Notes: generated by a model from the letters alone, not told the origin. DNA of 64,000 nucleotides from Gemmatimonadales bacterium (GCA_965249575.1 OZ252244.1:960001-1024000); one strand, 5' to 3'. Positions 50,520 through 61,578 are shown, counted from the first letter of the stretch. Numbers and translations are program-made.

Positions 50520-50599
50520 AGGGGGTAGGGGATTGGGGGTAGGGATGGGGAATGGGGGTTAGGGGGAAGGGGTTAGGAGACAGGGGTTAGGGAATAGGA
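50520..50599 (+). repeat. G-rich degenerate heptamer array (GGGGTTA-like)
   Basis: About ten G-runs at ~7-nt spacing. Confidence 0.8.
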
Positions 50600-50740
50600 T
50601 CAGTGGGGGGAGCCGGCGGCCCTAGCGGCCGGGCTGCAGAGCGCGCATCTTCTCTTCCCCCCGCGAGTAGCCAATGGCGGCGCGACGGCTGGACTACCCG
50701 AGGAGCCGGCGGGAGGCGCAAAGAGCGAGGATGGGCGGGT

Positions 50741-51415
50741 ATGGCACTCATCAAATGCCCACAATGCGGCCACACGGTATTGAGCGTGGCATCCGTGTGT
50801 CCGAGTTGCTCGTTCCTGCTCACGCAGCAACGCTTCCAACAGTCTCAGCGAGGTACGCTTGCCGAGTGCCGTAACTGTGGTCGACAGGTGGCATCCCAGA
50901 CCCGAACGTGTCCGTACTGCGGCCTGCGGCATCCAGGCTCGCGTCGCGGCGCCCGGCGAGCGCTAGTCGTGGCAGGTATCGTTACCCCGTTGCTGGTCAT
51001 GGCGGCGGTGCGGGCAAACCCCGGGCGACCGGTGCTGCCCCTCCCCACCACGATCGAACCCCGGACGACGCCCCTCGCCGTTGAAACCGATTTGGTTCCG
51101 CCCCCACCCGATTCCCCTGCCTCGTCTGCCCGCTTGGACCAGTCCAGATGGACGGTTACGTGGGTCAACGTACGGGAACGACCCGGCACTGACACCGACG
51201 TCGTGCACATTCTCGGACCCGGCCAGGGTGTCCGTGTTGGTGAGCGACAGGGCCGGTGGTGGCCAGTACTCCAGGACGGCCGCGTCCTGGGCTATGTTGC
51301 CAACTCGGTGCTCCAAGATACGGAGCCCGAACCCGTGGTGACCTCATCGGCCGAGGTCCTTGCCTCGCCCCGGACTCGAATCGGGGTCAACGAGTCGGCT
51401 CCCCGACTGCGCTAG
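50741..51415 (+). CDS. double zinc-ribbon + TM + SH3 domain protein
   Basis: Four CxxC motifs; VNVRERPG...GYVANS. Confidence 0.75.
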   Translation: MALIKCPQCGHTVLSVASVCPSCSFLLTQQRFQQSQRGTLAECRNCGRQVASQTRTCPYCGLRHPGSRRGARRALVVAGIVTPLLVMAAVRANPGRPVLPLPTTIEPRTTPLAVETDLVPPPPDSPASSARLDQSRWTVTWVNVRERPGTDTDVVHILGPGQGVRVGERQGRWWPVLQDGRVLGYVANSVLQDTEPEPVVTSSAEVLASPRTRIGVNESAPRLR

Positions 51416-51562
51416 GAGTCATTCGGGACACATCTGCGGACCGACCTGGTCTCGTCAGTCAAAACGATCACACACATCACCAGAGGGGCGGGTTGGGGCC
51501 CGGCGCCTAACCCATCGCGAAGCGCGCCGAACCCCACGTGAAGAGGTAGGAAAATGGGTGGC

Positions 51563-51778
51563 CTAGAGACCGGTGATGCCCTCGCCTTCCGGCAGCCAGT
51601 ATCCACCCAGGAGGTCGCAGTCGGCGCGAGATGCCGAAAAGGAGCCGTCCGTTTCTGTGGTGCACATCCCCACCTCACCTCCGCACCCGAATCCCAACGC
51701 CGCGACGAGGAGTGCGGCGGCCCATCCCAGGCGGGGCATCATGCGTTGCTTTCGTCCTTCCATGGATCGTGCCTCCAA
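51563..51778 (-). CDS. small putative lipoprotein
   Basis: Hydrophobic leader ending LGFGC. Confidence 0.4.
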   Translation of the reverse strand: MEARSMEGRKQRMMPRLGWAAALLVAALGFGCGGEVGMCTTETDGSFSASRADCDLLGGYWLPEGEGITGL

Positions 51779-52071
51779 CTGCTTTTCTTGCTGTAGAGAG
51801 TCGTCACCAAACGCTGATTTAAGTTAGGGATCCCCTCTGAAAATCGCTGTAAGGCACATCACGAGGATCTCGTGTTCCTGCCGTGGTCCGGAGCACCTCG
51901 GAGGCGGCTGCCGTCGGCCCCGACAGCGCTCCTAACGAAAACCGCCGCTTTCCTGTCTCATGGGTAGCAGGCGGAGGTAGCATCTGTTGCCGCCTGGGTG
52001 GGAGCACCTGATTTGATGCCGCCGCCCTTCGAACTCGGGCGTCCGGCGATCACGACAGACGGAGGTTTGAA

Positions 52072-52656
52072 ATGAGCTACCTACATCTGGGGACACTCGC
52101 ACTGGCAGCGCTCGCGATGCTTGCCCCCGTTGAGATCCTCGAGGCCCAGCGGGGCGGTCCCCGCCGAGGGCGTTCTGTCGGGGCCGTGGAACAGGCACTA
52201 CTCCACAAGCAGCGTCTCGAGCTGACCGACGATCAGGTCGCGGAGCTCGAGTCTCTGAGACAAGAGGCCGTGGCCCACCGCAAGGAGACGCTTGGCGAGG
52301 TATTAGAGCTCGAGTCCCAGACGCGCTCCGGCCAGATCACGGGCCAGGAGCTGCGGGCGCGACGCGAGACCCAGCGTGATCATGCCCAGGTGCGGATCGA
52401 GACGCTTCGCGAGCACTTCGACGGGATCCTGACGGAGGCCCAGCGAAACGAGCTCAGGTCTGAGGCCCGGCGAGGCGCGCGCGGCGCCCGCCGCGGATTT
52501 GGTCAGCGCGGCCAGGGCCGTTTCCGGCAACGCGGGCCACAGGGATGGCAACGGGGATTCGATGGCCACCGGCTCCAGGACCGCCCGATGAGGCCGGGCG
52601 GACCCGGCCGGAGGGAGCCAGCGCCGCCCGCGCCACCGGAGAACGGGGACGAGTAG
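52072..52656 (+). CDS. Spy/CpxP-like protein
   Basis: Signal peptide; LELTDDQ and ILTEAQ. Confidence 0.75.
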   Translation: MSYLHLGTLALAALAMLAPVEILEAQRGGPRRGRSVGAVEQALLHKQRLELTDDQVAELESLRQEAVAHRKETLGEVLELESQTRSGQITGQELRARRETQRDHAQVRIETLREHFDGILTEAQRNELRSEARRGARGARRGFGQRGQGRFRQRGPQGWQRGFDGHRLQDRPMRPGGPGRREPAPPAPPENGDE

Positions 52657-52679
52657 TCGGACCCACTTCCGAATGCACG

Positions 52680-52714
52680 AAGCCCCCGGGGCCATCAGCG
52701 CCGGGGGCTTTTTT
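52680..52714 (+). terminator. intrinsic terminator
   Basis: AAGCCCCCGG...CCGGGGGCTT followed by a T run. Confidence 0.85.
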
Positions 52715-52739
52715 CCATCGACAACGATGCGGCGACGTC

Positions 52740-53120
52740 CTACGCCTGCATGACCCCGCCAAGGCTCAGAACACCCACCAGGGTGAGGCCGTAACCCACC
52801 CCGACTTCCACGATGAGCGCCACGATCCAGATCCAGGCCGCCTCGCTCCACTGCGAGGAGAAAACCACCTTGTAGACGAAGATCGGGATCAATGAATACG
52901 CGATCGCCAGCGCCACGAACCAGGGCGCCTGAAGGAATAGCCCGAAGAGAAAGAACCCAGCCAAACTCGTCACGTTCTTGAGCGCCGTCGCCAAAAACGC
53001 TTTCGCGTAACTCGGCTCATGGATATTGTCGATTTTCTTGGCGGTGATCCCGGACGTGACGACACTGAACACGAAGATGATGAACAGAGCCAGCCAGACT
53101 GCTTGGAAAATCGTGCTCAT
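52740..53120 (-). CDS. hypothetical membrane protein
   Basis: Four hydrophobic segments. Confidence 0.6.
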   Translation of the reverse strand: MSTIFQAVWLALFIIFVFSVVTSGITAKKIDNIHEPSYAKAFLATALKNVTSLAGFFLFGLFLQAPWFVALAIAYSLIPIFVYKVVFSSQWSEAAWIWIVALIVEVGVGYGLTLVGVLSLGGVMQA

Positions 53121-53363
53121 CGTGGGACCAGACTGAGCTTGGACGAGTGCTGCGAGGACCTCGGCGTACACGGCCACCCCCTGTTGTTGGTGACGCCGCA
53201 TTATCTCGTGCCCGAACCGGGCGCACAGGAAGGTTCGGCGTCTCCGATCCCATTCTTGAGTCCTGGCGCGATCGACGGCGGCCCAAGCACTGCGTACCCC
53301 CGGGGCCGACCTCCCCCGATTCTCTCCGCTGGTCCGAGCTGCAACTGTGCGCTACGTCACAAT

Positions 53364-54689
53364 TCAGGGCTCGAGCTTCACCACCTCCCCTCCTTGCATT
53401 ACGAAGTCCACCCGCTCGAGCAGCGTGATGTCCTCGAGGGGATCGCCCCGCACGCCCACGAGATCGCCGTAGCGGCCTGACTGGATCGTCCCGACGTCCG
53501 CACCCCACCCCATCAGCTCGGCGCCATTCTTGGTACCGGCGACGATCGCGTCCATCGGTGGCAGCCCCGCCTCGACCAGCAGGCTGAACTCACGGCCGTC
53601 GGTCGAGTGCGGATCGAAGATGTTATCGGTACCGAGCGCGATCGGGACGCCCGCCTGCCAGGCGCGATGAACCGTGCGGGGCATTTGCGGGCCGATGACG
53701 AGGGCCTTTTCCGCGAGCTGCCCGGTGAGCCGGCCGTCGTTGGCCATTTCGATGATCGCGCCCCCCGCCATGAGCGTAGACACGAGATACGTCCCGCGCT
53801 CCGCCATGAGCCGGATGCCCTCGTCGTCCAAGAGCGTGCCGTGCTCGATCGAGTTCACCCCAGCGCGAACAGCGGCCTTGATGCCGGCCGTCCCGTGGGC
53901 GTGCGCCGCCACGCGGCGCTCGACGAGGTGGGCGTACTGCACGACGGCCCTCAACTCCTCTTCGCCGTACTGCTGCACACCGACCGAATCGCCGAAAGAG
54001 ATCACCCCGCCCGTCGCGCAGATCTTGATGAGGTCCGCTCCGTATTTCACCTGGTATCGGATGGCTCGACGAATCTCTTCGGGGCCATCGGCGTTCCCCT
54101 CCTCGATTCCCGGTTCGTAGCCGAGCGCGCCCGGCGCGAATCCCGTGCTGAGGTCGCAGTGCCCACCGGTGATACCGAGGGCGTGGGCGGCCACCTGCAT
54201 GCGCGGCCCGGCGGCCCACCCGCTATTGATCGCATCGCGGAGCGCGACGTCAGTGAATTTCGGCGCTCCGACTTCTCGCGCCGACGTGTACCCAGCCTCC
54301 AGCACCTCGCGGGCGTTCGACGCGGCCCTGAGCGCCACGTGTGCCGGACTGTACCGCACGCGGTCGCTCTCCCACCCAGGTGCGCCGATGATCGGCGCCG
54401 TGAGATGGGTGTGCGCATCGACGAATCCCGGAAGCACAGTCATCCCGGACAAGTCGATTAGCTCGGCTCCCCGCGGTATCGCGACGCCGGACCCCACCGC
54501 CGTGATGCGGCCATCGGTAATCACGACCACGGCCTCCCGTACGGGATCCGCCCCCGTGCCATCGATCAACGCTCCCGCCCGGACCGCCACCACCCGCGAC
54601 TGGGCCGCCAGATCGCCCCCCGCCGGAAGCCACACCCCGACGGATGCCACCATCGTGAACACTCCACGCCGAACGCGAATCCCCTTCAC
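53364..54689 (-). CDS. metal-dependent amidohydrolase (Xaa-Pro dipeptidase-like)
   Basis: PGFVDAHTH, GGHCD, IKICATGG, VAAHAHG, SIEHG. Confidence 0.9.
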   Translation of the reverse strand: MKGIRVRRGVFTMVASVGVWLPAGGDLAAQSRVVAVRAGALIDGTGADPVREAVVVITDGRITAVGSGVAIPRGAELIDLSGMTVLPGFVDAHTHLTAPIIGAPGWESDRVRYSPAHVALRAASNAREVLEAGYTSAREVGAPKFTDVALRDAINSGWAAGPRMQVAAHALGITGGHCDLSTGFAPGALGYEPGIEEGNADGPEEIRRAIRYQVKYGADLIKICATGGVISFGDSVGVQQYGEEELRAVVQYAHLVERRVAAHAHGTAGIKAAVRAGVNSIEHGTLLDDEGIRLMAERGTYLVSTLMAGGAIIEMANDGRLTGQLAEKALVIGPQMPRTVHRAWQAGVPIALGTDNIFDPHSTDGREFSLLVEAGLPPMDAIVAGTKNGAELMGWGADVGTIQSGRYGDLVGVRGDPLEDITLLERVDFVMQGGEVVKLEP

Positions 54690-54868
54690 GGCATACCTCC
54701 TCTGCGGTTCGGATTTGGTTCCTATGCGTTACCAGCGGCCCCCTGCGGCGGGACACCCTCCTGGCGCGACCCCGCCGTCACGTATCTTGTGTCCGGCACC
54801 ACCTCTTTCCATTGCCGCCGCGCCCGCCGAAAGGGGGTGCGGGTCTTTCAGTTGCGAGGGAGCGACCA

Positions 54869-55279
54869 GTGGACCTCAATGTGGGCCAGCGAGCATCCCG
54901 CACCATGGCCGTCACCGCGGACCGCGTCGAGAAGTTCGCCGAGCTATCCGGCGACTACAATCCGCTTCACTTCGACGAAGCCTTCGCGGCGCGAACCCGC
55001 TTTGGCCGATTGGTGGCGCAGGGGGGGCTCACGACGGGTCTCCTCCATGCCATCGTCGCCATGGATCTCCCCGGACCCAGGATGGTCTTCCTGAGCCAGA
55101 ACTGGAAGTTCACCGCGCCGGTGTACATCGGAGACACGATCACCGCGGAGGTGGAGGTCCTCAGCGTTCACGACTCGAAGCCGGTCACTCAACTCGGCGT
55201 TCGAGTGTCCCGCCAGGATGCCGACCTGGTGCTCGAGGGCGAGGCGTGGTGCTACACGTTTTCCCCGTCCGCGGACTGA
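54869..55279 (+). CDS. MaoC family dehydratase
   Basis: SGDYNPLHFD, FTAPVYIGD. Confidence 0.9.
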   Translation: MDLNVGQRASRTMAVTADRVEKFAELSGDYNPLHFDEAFAARTRFGRLVAQGGLTTGLLHAIVAMDLPGPRMVFLSQNWKFTAPVYIGDTITAEVEVLSVHDSKPVTQLGVRVSRQDADLVLEGEAWCYTFSPSAD

Positions 55280-55310
55280 CGAGCGCGCTGACCTCCGGAG
55301 GCCGCCGAGG

Positions 55311-56276
55311 CTAGACCCGCGTCGCTACCGGCTGAGTGAGCAGCCGCTCGCGAAGTAGCGGATGTGTGCGCCATGCCCACCATCCCATCGCTGCGACGGC
55401 GACGAGGTTGCCGCCTCCGATCGCCCACCAGGCCACCCGGCCGAGAACCCACTCGCTCAGGAGCCCGACCGTCGGGACGAACAGTCCTTCGAGACCGACG
55501 AACGCCATCAAGCCCAGCAACCACATCCCCGGTGCTTGCTCGATGCGGTCAGCTGCCCAGGCAAACGCCACCCCCACCACGATGAACGCGGCCACGTGAA
55601 GCATCGTATAGGCGCTCACTATTCCCACGCTCACGACGATCCCGTCGGGAGTGGATGCGCCGAGGAGTATGGCCGACCCCAGTGCGGCCGGTGTGAAGAA
55701 GGGGTGGTAAACCAGCACGTCGACCAGAAAGAGCCAGACGGCCACCGCGCCTGCGCCAAGCAGACCGGTCGCGATGCCATTCGCCAGCAACGGATGGCTG
55801 CCGATGACGCCCAACCCCAAGGGTTCTTTGTCATGCAGCGCCCGGTGCAAATACCCCATCAGCACCATGCCACCCAACACGTTGGCCGCCAAAACGTGCG
55901 GCACGGAGAGCACCGGTGCGTCAAAAATGTTGGCGCCCGCAATTAACAGAGCCCCGTAGTGGGCGGCCGTGAGGACCACCAGGCCGAATACGGCACCCAT
56001 GAGCAGGCCGGGTGAGGCCTCGACCGTGTTCACGAACCAGCCGGTGGCAGTGCCGAGGCCGGCAAAGGCGCCGAAATGAAGTAACGAGTAGGCGATCACG
56101 AGCCGCGCGTCGGGACTCAGCTCGCGATCGAGCACGACGCTCGCCAGGCGTACCGGCGTGTCGAACGCTTCGGCGGTCACGAGATCCAGCACGAGGAACC
56201 AGATCGCCACGAGCGCGCCCGCGAGCACCCCACCAACGGCTCCGTGGATGAGGACCTGTCGCATCGGTCGTTGCAT
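55311..56276 (-). CDS. polytopic membrane protein with internal duplication
   Basis: Two halves, each with GAxxVAxWxxxxD...TP...YxxLH. Confidence 0.7.
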   Translation of the reverse strand: MQRPMRQVLIHGAVGGVLAGALVAIWFLVLDLVTAEAFDTPVRLASVVLDRELSPDARLVIAYSLLHFGAFAGLGTATGWFVNTVEASPGLLMGAVFGLVVLTAAHYGALLIAGANIFDAPVLSVPHVLAANVLGGMVLMGYLHRALHDKEPLGLGVIGSHPLLANGIATGLLGAGAVAVWLFLVDVLVYHPFFTPAALGSAILLGASTPDGIVVSVGIVSAYTMLHVAAFIVVGVAFAWAADRIEQAPGMWLLGLMAFVGLEGLFVPTVGLLSEWVLGRVAWWAIGGGNLVAVAAMGWWAWRTHPLLRERLLTQPVATRV

Positions 56277-56439
56277 TGATCACCCCCCAACCAAACAGTG
56301 GAGATCGCTCACGCCCGCTCAAAACGCCCTCGACCAAGTCATCCAGATAGTTGCACCTAGTGCGCCCGGCCGCCAGGGCGTATCGATCGGCACTCGCCCG
56401 AGGCGCGCCGACGGAAGAACGAGCGCACTATTATTCCGC

Positions 56440-57025
56440 ATGCCCGCAGCTACTCACGCCGTCGCGTGGGACGGGAGGGGCGCTGGAGCTCAGCCAGCCA
56501 GACTCGGCCGCCGGTTTGGGCCGCCGGCTTGGGCTCCCCCGTCAACGACTCAACTATCACCTACGGCAGCTCGAGGACGAGGGGCTAGTCGAGGTCGTCG
56601 GCGAACGCAAGCGGCGCAACTGCACCGAGCGCCTGATGCGGGCTGCCGCCAAATCCTACTTGATCGGGCCAGGCACGCTGGGAGAGCTCGCCGCCGACCC
56701 CGCGCGGATTCGTGATCGGGCCTCGAGCGCCTATCTCGTCGCGGTGGCCGCGCGAATCATCCGCGAGGTCGGTAGGCTCCGAAACCGGGCGGACCGGGTG
56801 CGGAAACGACTCCCAACGCTCACGCTCGAGACAGAGGTCCGATTCAGCTCTCCCACCCGGCAGCACGAGTTCGCGCGGGAGCTGTCTCAGGAGATCGCGC
56901 GGCTCGTCGCCAAATACCATGACGATGATGCCGCCGGCGGACGCACATTTCGAGTGCTCTCCGGTGTCCATCCCGTGCCGGGCGCCGGGGACGGCGCCGG
57001 AGATCTCGAAGGGGGGAGGCCATGA
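56440..57025 (+). pseudogene. ArsR-like winged-HTH regulator with disrupted N-terminus
   Basis: PDSAAGLGRRLGLPRQRLNYHLRQLE; the likely ATG at 56440 is out of frame with the HTH. Confidence 0.6.
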
Positions 57026-57799
57026 CAACACAGCGCGCCGCGCGAGCGGGAGATCGAGATCGATGCTCCCGTCGCCGCCGTATGGCGGGCGCTCACGGAC
57101 GGGACCGAGCTCGCTCGTTGGTTCCCTCTCGAGGCCTGGGTAACGCCCGGCCCCGGCGGGACGGTCACCACGGCGTAGGAGGGCCAGCGAGACGAGCAGC
57201 GAATCGAGGTATGGGAACCCAACCGTCGCTTGCGCACGGTCGGCCGTGAGGGTGGATGGGCGGGGATCGCGACCAACTACGCCCTGCAGGGAACAGGCGG
57301 AACAACGTTGCTCCGGGTCGTGAGCTCCGGTTTCGGACCCGGCGAGGAGTGGGACGACCTCCTTGACGGGTTCGGGCACGGCTGGGACTTCGAGCTCAGG
57401 GGACTCCGCCACTACCTCGAGCGGCATCCGGGCGAAGACCGGGCGGTCGCGTTTGTGCGGGCTCCGTACGCTGGCTCGAAGTCGGAGGCCTGGAAAACGC
57501 TCACCGGGCCAGGTAGCTGGTTCGGGACCGACGGCCTCGATCGATTGGCCGTTGGAGAACGATTCGCCGTTCGCACGGTAACTGGCGACGCCTTTTGCGG
57601 CGTCGTCGAGTTGTGGCAGCCCCCTACACAATTCGTCGGTGCGGTGGAGGGGTGGAACAGGGCACTGCTCCGTGTGGAGCTGTTTGGAAGTCGAGCGACC
57701 ATCTGGCTCTCGACTCACGGAGCTCCCAAAGCGGACGTGGGGGGGCTACAGGATCGGTGGCGCGGGTCGGCGGCCGAGCTCTTCGTGACCGCCACCTGA
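57022..57799 (+). pseudogene. SRPBCC/AHSA1 domain protein with frameshift and in-frame stop
   Basis: EIEIDAPVAAVWRALTDGTELARWFP is out of frame with ATG 57022; TAG at 57176-57178. Confidence 0.7.
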
Positions 57800-57871
57800 A
57801 CGGGCGCTGCAGGCGTCCTGTGGTGAATCTGAAGAATGTCAATTCGAAAACGATCACAGGAGGTCTTTGAG

Positions 57872-58222
57872 ATGGGTGGAAAGATCGGAGGGGCGGCCAA
57901 GGTGACTTTTCGATCGAACACCGAAGTCGCCATTCAGGTACCGGACATGGCCAAGGCTGCGGCGTTTTACCGGGACGTACTCGGCTTCCGGGTCGTGTCG
58001 GAGACAGCGGAACATCTTGAGATCGATACGGGCGCGCTGCGGCTCTACGTGATGCCCGGCGACACCCTGCGATCCTTTATTCCGTCGCTCGATGTCCCGA
58101 GCTTCGAGCTGGCGAAGAAGCATCTGATCGCGGCGGGCTGCGCCTCCGTCCCCACCGGATCCGGCGGCGTGTACTTCGAAGATCCGTTCGGCTTCGTGTT
58201 CGATATTGTGGAGAGGGAGTAG
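57872..58222 (+). CDS. VOC/glyoxalase family protein
   Basis: AAAFYRDVLGF, YFEDPFG. Confidence 0.85.
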   Translation: MGGKIGGAAKVTFRSNTEVAIQVPDMAKAAAFYRDVLGFRVVSETAEHLEIDTGALRLYVMPGDTLRSFIPSLDVPSFELAKKHLIAAGCASVPTGSGGVYFEDPFGFVFDIVERE

Positions 58223-58570
58223 GAAAAGGGCATAGGATTTTGGAGATCTGCGTACCGGCTGCCGGGAGGATCCTCCGGCCCAGCCCTACTCCCTGGCCCC
58301 CTCCCCTCCCCTGTGTCCGGGGTCACTTCGCTCAGCGCCTGACCAACCGATACTAGATCCAGCACAGTGCGCCCAAGTGTGGGAGGCTCGGCATGGTCAA
58401 TTCAGCGTGTGATGCTATTCGGCTTGGCAGTCCTGATGTTCGGACTGCTGGCCCCGGTTGCTGCGCGGGCCAAGAACAGGCGTTACATCGCAACGAGCAG
58501 GTCGTCTTCGAGGGTGCCCCACCCAGCATCCTCGTCGGCATCGACGTCCGGCTGAAACTACCCTGATCCC

Positions 58571-58897
58571 ATGGCCCGGCTGATCAAGTTCTCGTTCGTG
58601 GTTGCGCTCGCCGCCGCCCTACTCGGGGGCGGTTCGTATGCAGTCGCCTGGCTCGCGGTCGGGAAGCTCGTGGGTCCGCGGGGACCCCTTGGCGGCCGAT
58701 CGGTCGAGCTCGCGTACTCCGAGTCCCGTGCAGGCTCCAACCACTCCCCGGGGTGGATCTTCACGTACGGGAGGAGTCAGCTCCAGCACGTTCGCGAAGC
58801 CAAGGTCTACGTGTCGCTGACCGGTGACGTCACCTCGACGAGCCCCAGGGACTTGGCGAGGAGAATCGAAGCTTGGGAGAAGACGATGAAGCCGTGA
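58571..58897 (+). CDS. hypothetical protein
   Basis: N-terminal transmembrane helix, protein-like composition. Confidence 0.55.
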   Translation: MARLIKFSFVVALAAALLGGGSYAVAWLAVGKLVGPRGPLGGRSVELAYSESRAGSNHSPGWIFTYGRSQLQHVREAKVYVSLTGDVTSTSPRDLARRIEAWEKTMKP

Positions 58898-58946
58898 GAA
58901 ACTCCGGCAGCCCCACCCCGTCGCCCCCATCCCCTGTCCCCTACCC

Positions 58947-60284
58947 CTAGCTCACCTTCCCCGGCGCCCCGTCCGGCCCGCGGTCCCAGTCCTGCACGCT
59001 GGAGATATTCGGCATGCCCCACTGGTGACCGTTCCACCCGTCGAAGCCGTCCATTCGCAACGCCCAGAACCCGGTGGTCATGTCCGCGGTAACGATTAAG
59101 CCATCGGCGTTCCGGACATCGATGCCGAACGACCCATTGAAGATCGTGCCGCGCGGGCCCCACTCATGTGGCCCGTCGTAGGTGTCGTAGTACGCGACGG
59201 TATACGGATTCGTGGGATCCATCACGTTGACGACATGTACGCCGTCTTCATAGCCAGAAATGAATGCATACGGCCAGCGCATTTCGACGTTGTGGGCGAG
59301 GTTCCGCCAGTCGGCAGCCCACGCCCCGATCGGCCTCGTGACGTTCTCCACGCGGCCCGTGAGTGCGGGCTCTAGATCGAAAACGCGGATCGGCGACTGG
59401 GTCACGGGAGACGCCGTCAGAGCGTATCGGCCGTCGGGCGTCGGCACGAATGTATGAGCACCTGTTTGCCCCGCGACGCCCACCATCGACGCGAGTAACT
59501 TGGGCTCCTCTACGCGGGTCACGTCGTAGACGTAGTATCCGCCCAACATCGTGACCTCGGGCCCTCCGCCGTAGAACCGATCCTGCCGCGTCGAAGGATC
59601 ATATCCCACGTAGATATCGTGGTAGCCTCCCCTTGCACCGCGTGGCTCGGGAAGCGGCATGCGCGAGATCAACCCGCCATTGGGCTCCCCCGCGAGAAAG
59701 CGCCCCATGTCGTAGATGTTGGCCCCGTGTGGCGTAGTGGGTGATGCGCTCACCGTCGCGAAGAGGAGCGCCCGCCCGTCGGAGTGTTTGTACATGAAAA
59801 TGTTGTGGAACCCGCCCGGCGTGTCCGGCGCGCGAATGCGACCCATCTCACGAATGCCGGATGTATCCGGAAGGCCCGTGACGTCGAACACGATTGCGCC
59901 CAAATCGCCGTCTGGCCCACTACTGCGGAATTGGAACGACTGCACGTCGTAGTACCTGCGCCCGACCTTGAAGTACTTATTATCGAGAGCGCGTCCCTGG
60001 TGACCCGTGGGGTCTTCGATGACCCAGGTGTACAGCAACTTCGCCTCGGGCGGATCTCGTACGTCGACGATCGAGAATCCGTAGGTGCCCCTCCTCGAGA
60101 CGTACACGTAGGGTCGCGAGAGCTCCTGTTCGATCTCCAGGTCGTTCGCGTGAAAGGACCCACCCGTAGGGATGTGAGCGACCACGGTCATATTCGAGCT
60201 GCCCTGGAACCCGGGCGGATACTGTGCGGTCGCCGATCCCGCATACAAGGTCAGTACAGCAAACGAGCAGAGTGCGGATCGCAT
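58947..60284 (-). CDS. secreted LVIVD-repeat protein, paralogue 4
   Basis: Same motifs as the 29418-33767 trio. Confidence 0.75.
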   Translation of the reverse strand: MRSALCSFAVLTLYAGSATAQYPPGFQGSSNMTVVAHIPTGGSFHANDLEIEQELSRPYVYVSRRGTYGFSIVDVRDPPEAKLLYTWVIEDPTGHQGRALDNKYFKVGRRYYDVQSFQFRSSGPDGDLGAIVFDVTGLPDTSGIREMGRIRAPDTPGGFHNIFMYKHSDGRALLFATVSASPTTPHGANIYDMGRFLAGEPNGGLISRMPLPEPRGARGGYHDIYVGYDPSTRQDRFYGGGPEVTMLGGYYVYDVTRVEEPKLLASMVGVAGQTGAHTFVPTPDGRYALTASPVTQSPIRVFDLEPALTGRVENVTRPIGAWAADWRNLAHNVEMRWPYAFISGYEDGVHVVNVMDPTNPYTVAYYDTYDGPHEWGPRGTIFNGSFGIDVRNADGLIVTADMTTGFWALRMDGFDGWNGHQWGMPNISSVQDWDRGPDGAPGKVS

Positions 60285-60394
60285 ACGATCTCCGGTTTTG
60301 CGGGGCCGAAGGAGAAACCAGGACGGCATGGTATCACAGGAGCCTCGGCGGCGCGGTGCCGCAGCGCTCCCTTGCCGGAGCCGCCATACATCTC

Positions 60395-60679
60395 TCACTC
60401 GGGGGGACGTGGCAGGGCTGACCGATCGCGTTGTTGGCCGAGTATCCGTTCGGCAAAATCGAGCCGCTCTTCGACCTCTACCAGCCGCGCTTCGGCAGCG
60501 CCATGTTGTTGCTCGACCTGCTCTTCCAGCTCGTGCAGATGCCGCTGCACTTCAACGAGGTCGCCACCCGATTCCGGCGGGCGGCTCAATCGCCTGATCC
60601 AGACGTTGGTGAGCCTCCACACCATAACCCCCCCAGTGATCACAGCCACCACGCCGGCGAACTCCAACACGTCACCCAT
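60395..60679 (-). CDS. small TM + coiled-coil protein
   Basis: EVEERLDFAERIL. Confidence 0.65.
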   Translation of the reverse strand: MGDVLEFAGVVAVITGGVMVWRLTNVWIRRLSRPPESGGDLVEVQRHLHELEEQVEQQHGAAEARLVEVEERLDFAERILGQQRDRSALPRPPE

Positions 60680-61349
60680 GGGACGCTCGGGCGTTGACTC
60701 GCGGCGCGCCCCGCTCATAGACGGTGACGCTCCATGTGAGCGTATTGCTCGTAGCCACCGACGCGAACCCCAGACCTTTCACGAACCGATCAATCGCGTC
60801 TGCGGAATGGACAAAGGTCCGAAACGCGTTCCCCCGCAGTCGGCGGATCAGGTTCTCGAGTCCCATGACCATCCGTACGTACCAGACGTCCTTCGGCAGG
60901 CTGAGCGCGAAGAGCCGGCGCGCCTTTCCCGCGGCCCGTTCGACCAGCGGCATATACTTCGGGTAGCAACACACGACGCGGTCCAAGGTGACCACGTCGG
61001 CCTCACCCAGGGTGGACGCCAGATCCACGAAGTCTCCGTGCACGAACTCCACCCGGTCGCCAACGCCACAGCGCTCGGATTCGGACTTGCCGGTTTCCAG
61101 GTACGCGGCTGATGCCTCCACGTGAACGGCCGCCGTGAGGCTCGAGTCGAGCAGCTCGTGGTGAAGAACTCCGATTCCTCCGCCGATATCCAACAGCGTC
61201 CCGTTTGGCAAGCCTGCTACCCGGAGGCCATCGATGATGAGCTGAGTCGTTTTGTCCGGGCCCTTTCGGCGGTACCGGTCGAGATCCCGACGAGCGATCA
61301 CCGGACTGAACTGCGAGTTGGCAGCCCGACAGTGGCCGCTACATGGCAT
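60672..61349 (-). CDS. class I SAM methyltransferase (BchM-like C-terminus)
   Basis: LLDIGGGIG, VTLDRVVCCYP. Confidence 0.8.
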   Translation of the reverse strand: MPCSGHCRAANSQFSPVIARRDLDRYRRKGPDKTTQLIIDGLRVAGLPNGTLLDIGGGIGVLHHELLDSSLTAAVHVEASAAYLETGKSESERCGVGDRVEFVHGDFVDLASTLGEADVVTLDRVVCCYPKYMPLVERAAGKARRLFALSLPKDVWYVRMVMGLENLIRRLRGNAFRTFVHSADAIDRFVKGLGFASVATSNTLTWSVTVYERGAPRVNARASHG

Positions 61350-61578
61350 CGGTAACACCTCGCGAACACGAGTCCGCGCGACCGCGCGACGAGTACAACT
61401 CTCCGGTCCATTAAACACCGCGCGACAGGCCAGTCAAGGGATCTCGGTGGGGCGAGGTACCATCTCGCTACTGGCCACTGGCTCCGTCCCCTTCGAGATC
61501 CTAGGTTAGGGACGCCCCCCGCCGTCGAGTTCGACGTTCGCCCAACTGAAGGCTCACCACCACCGAGGTGAGTACCAC

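Noticed and set aside
21795..61112. Long Arg/Pro/Ala-rich alternative-frame ORFs (e.g. 40153..41523, 54145..55314, 59784..61112)
   Set aside because: Antisense or shifted shadows of recognisable genes, expected in high-GC DNA.
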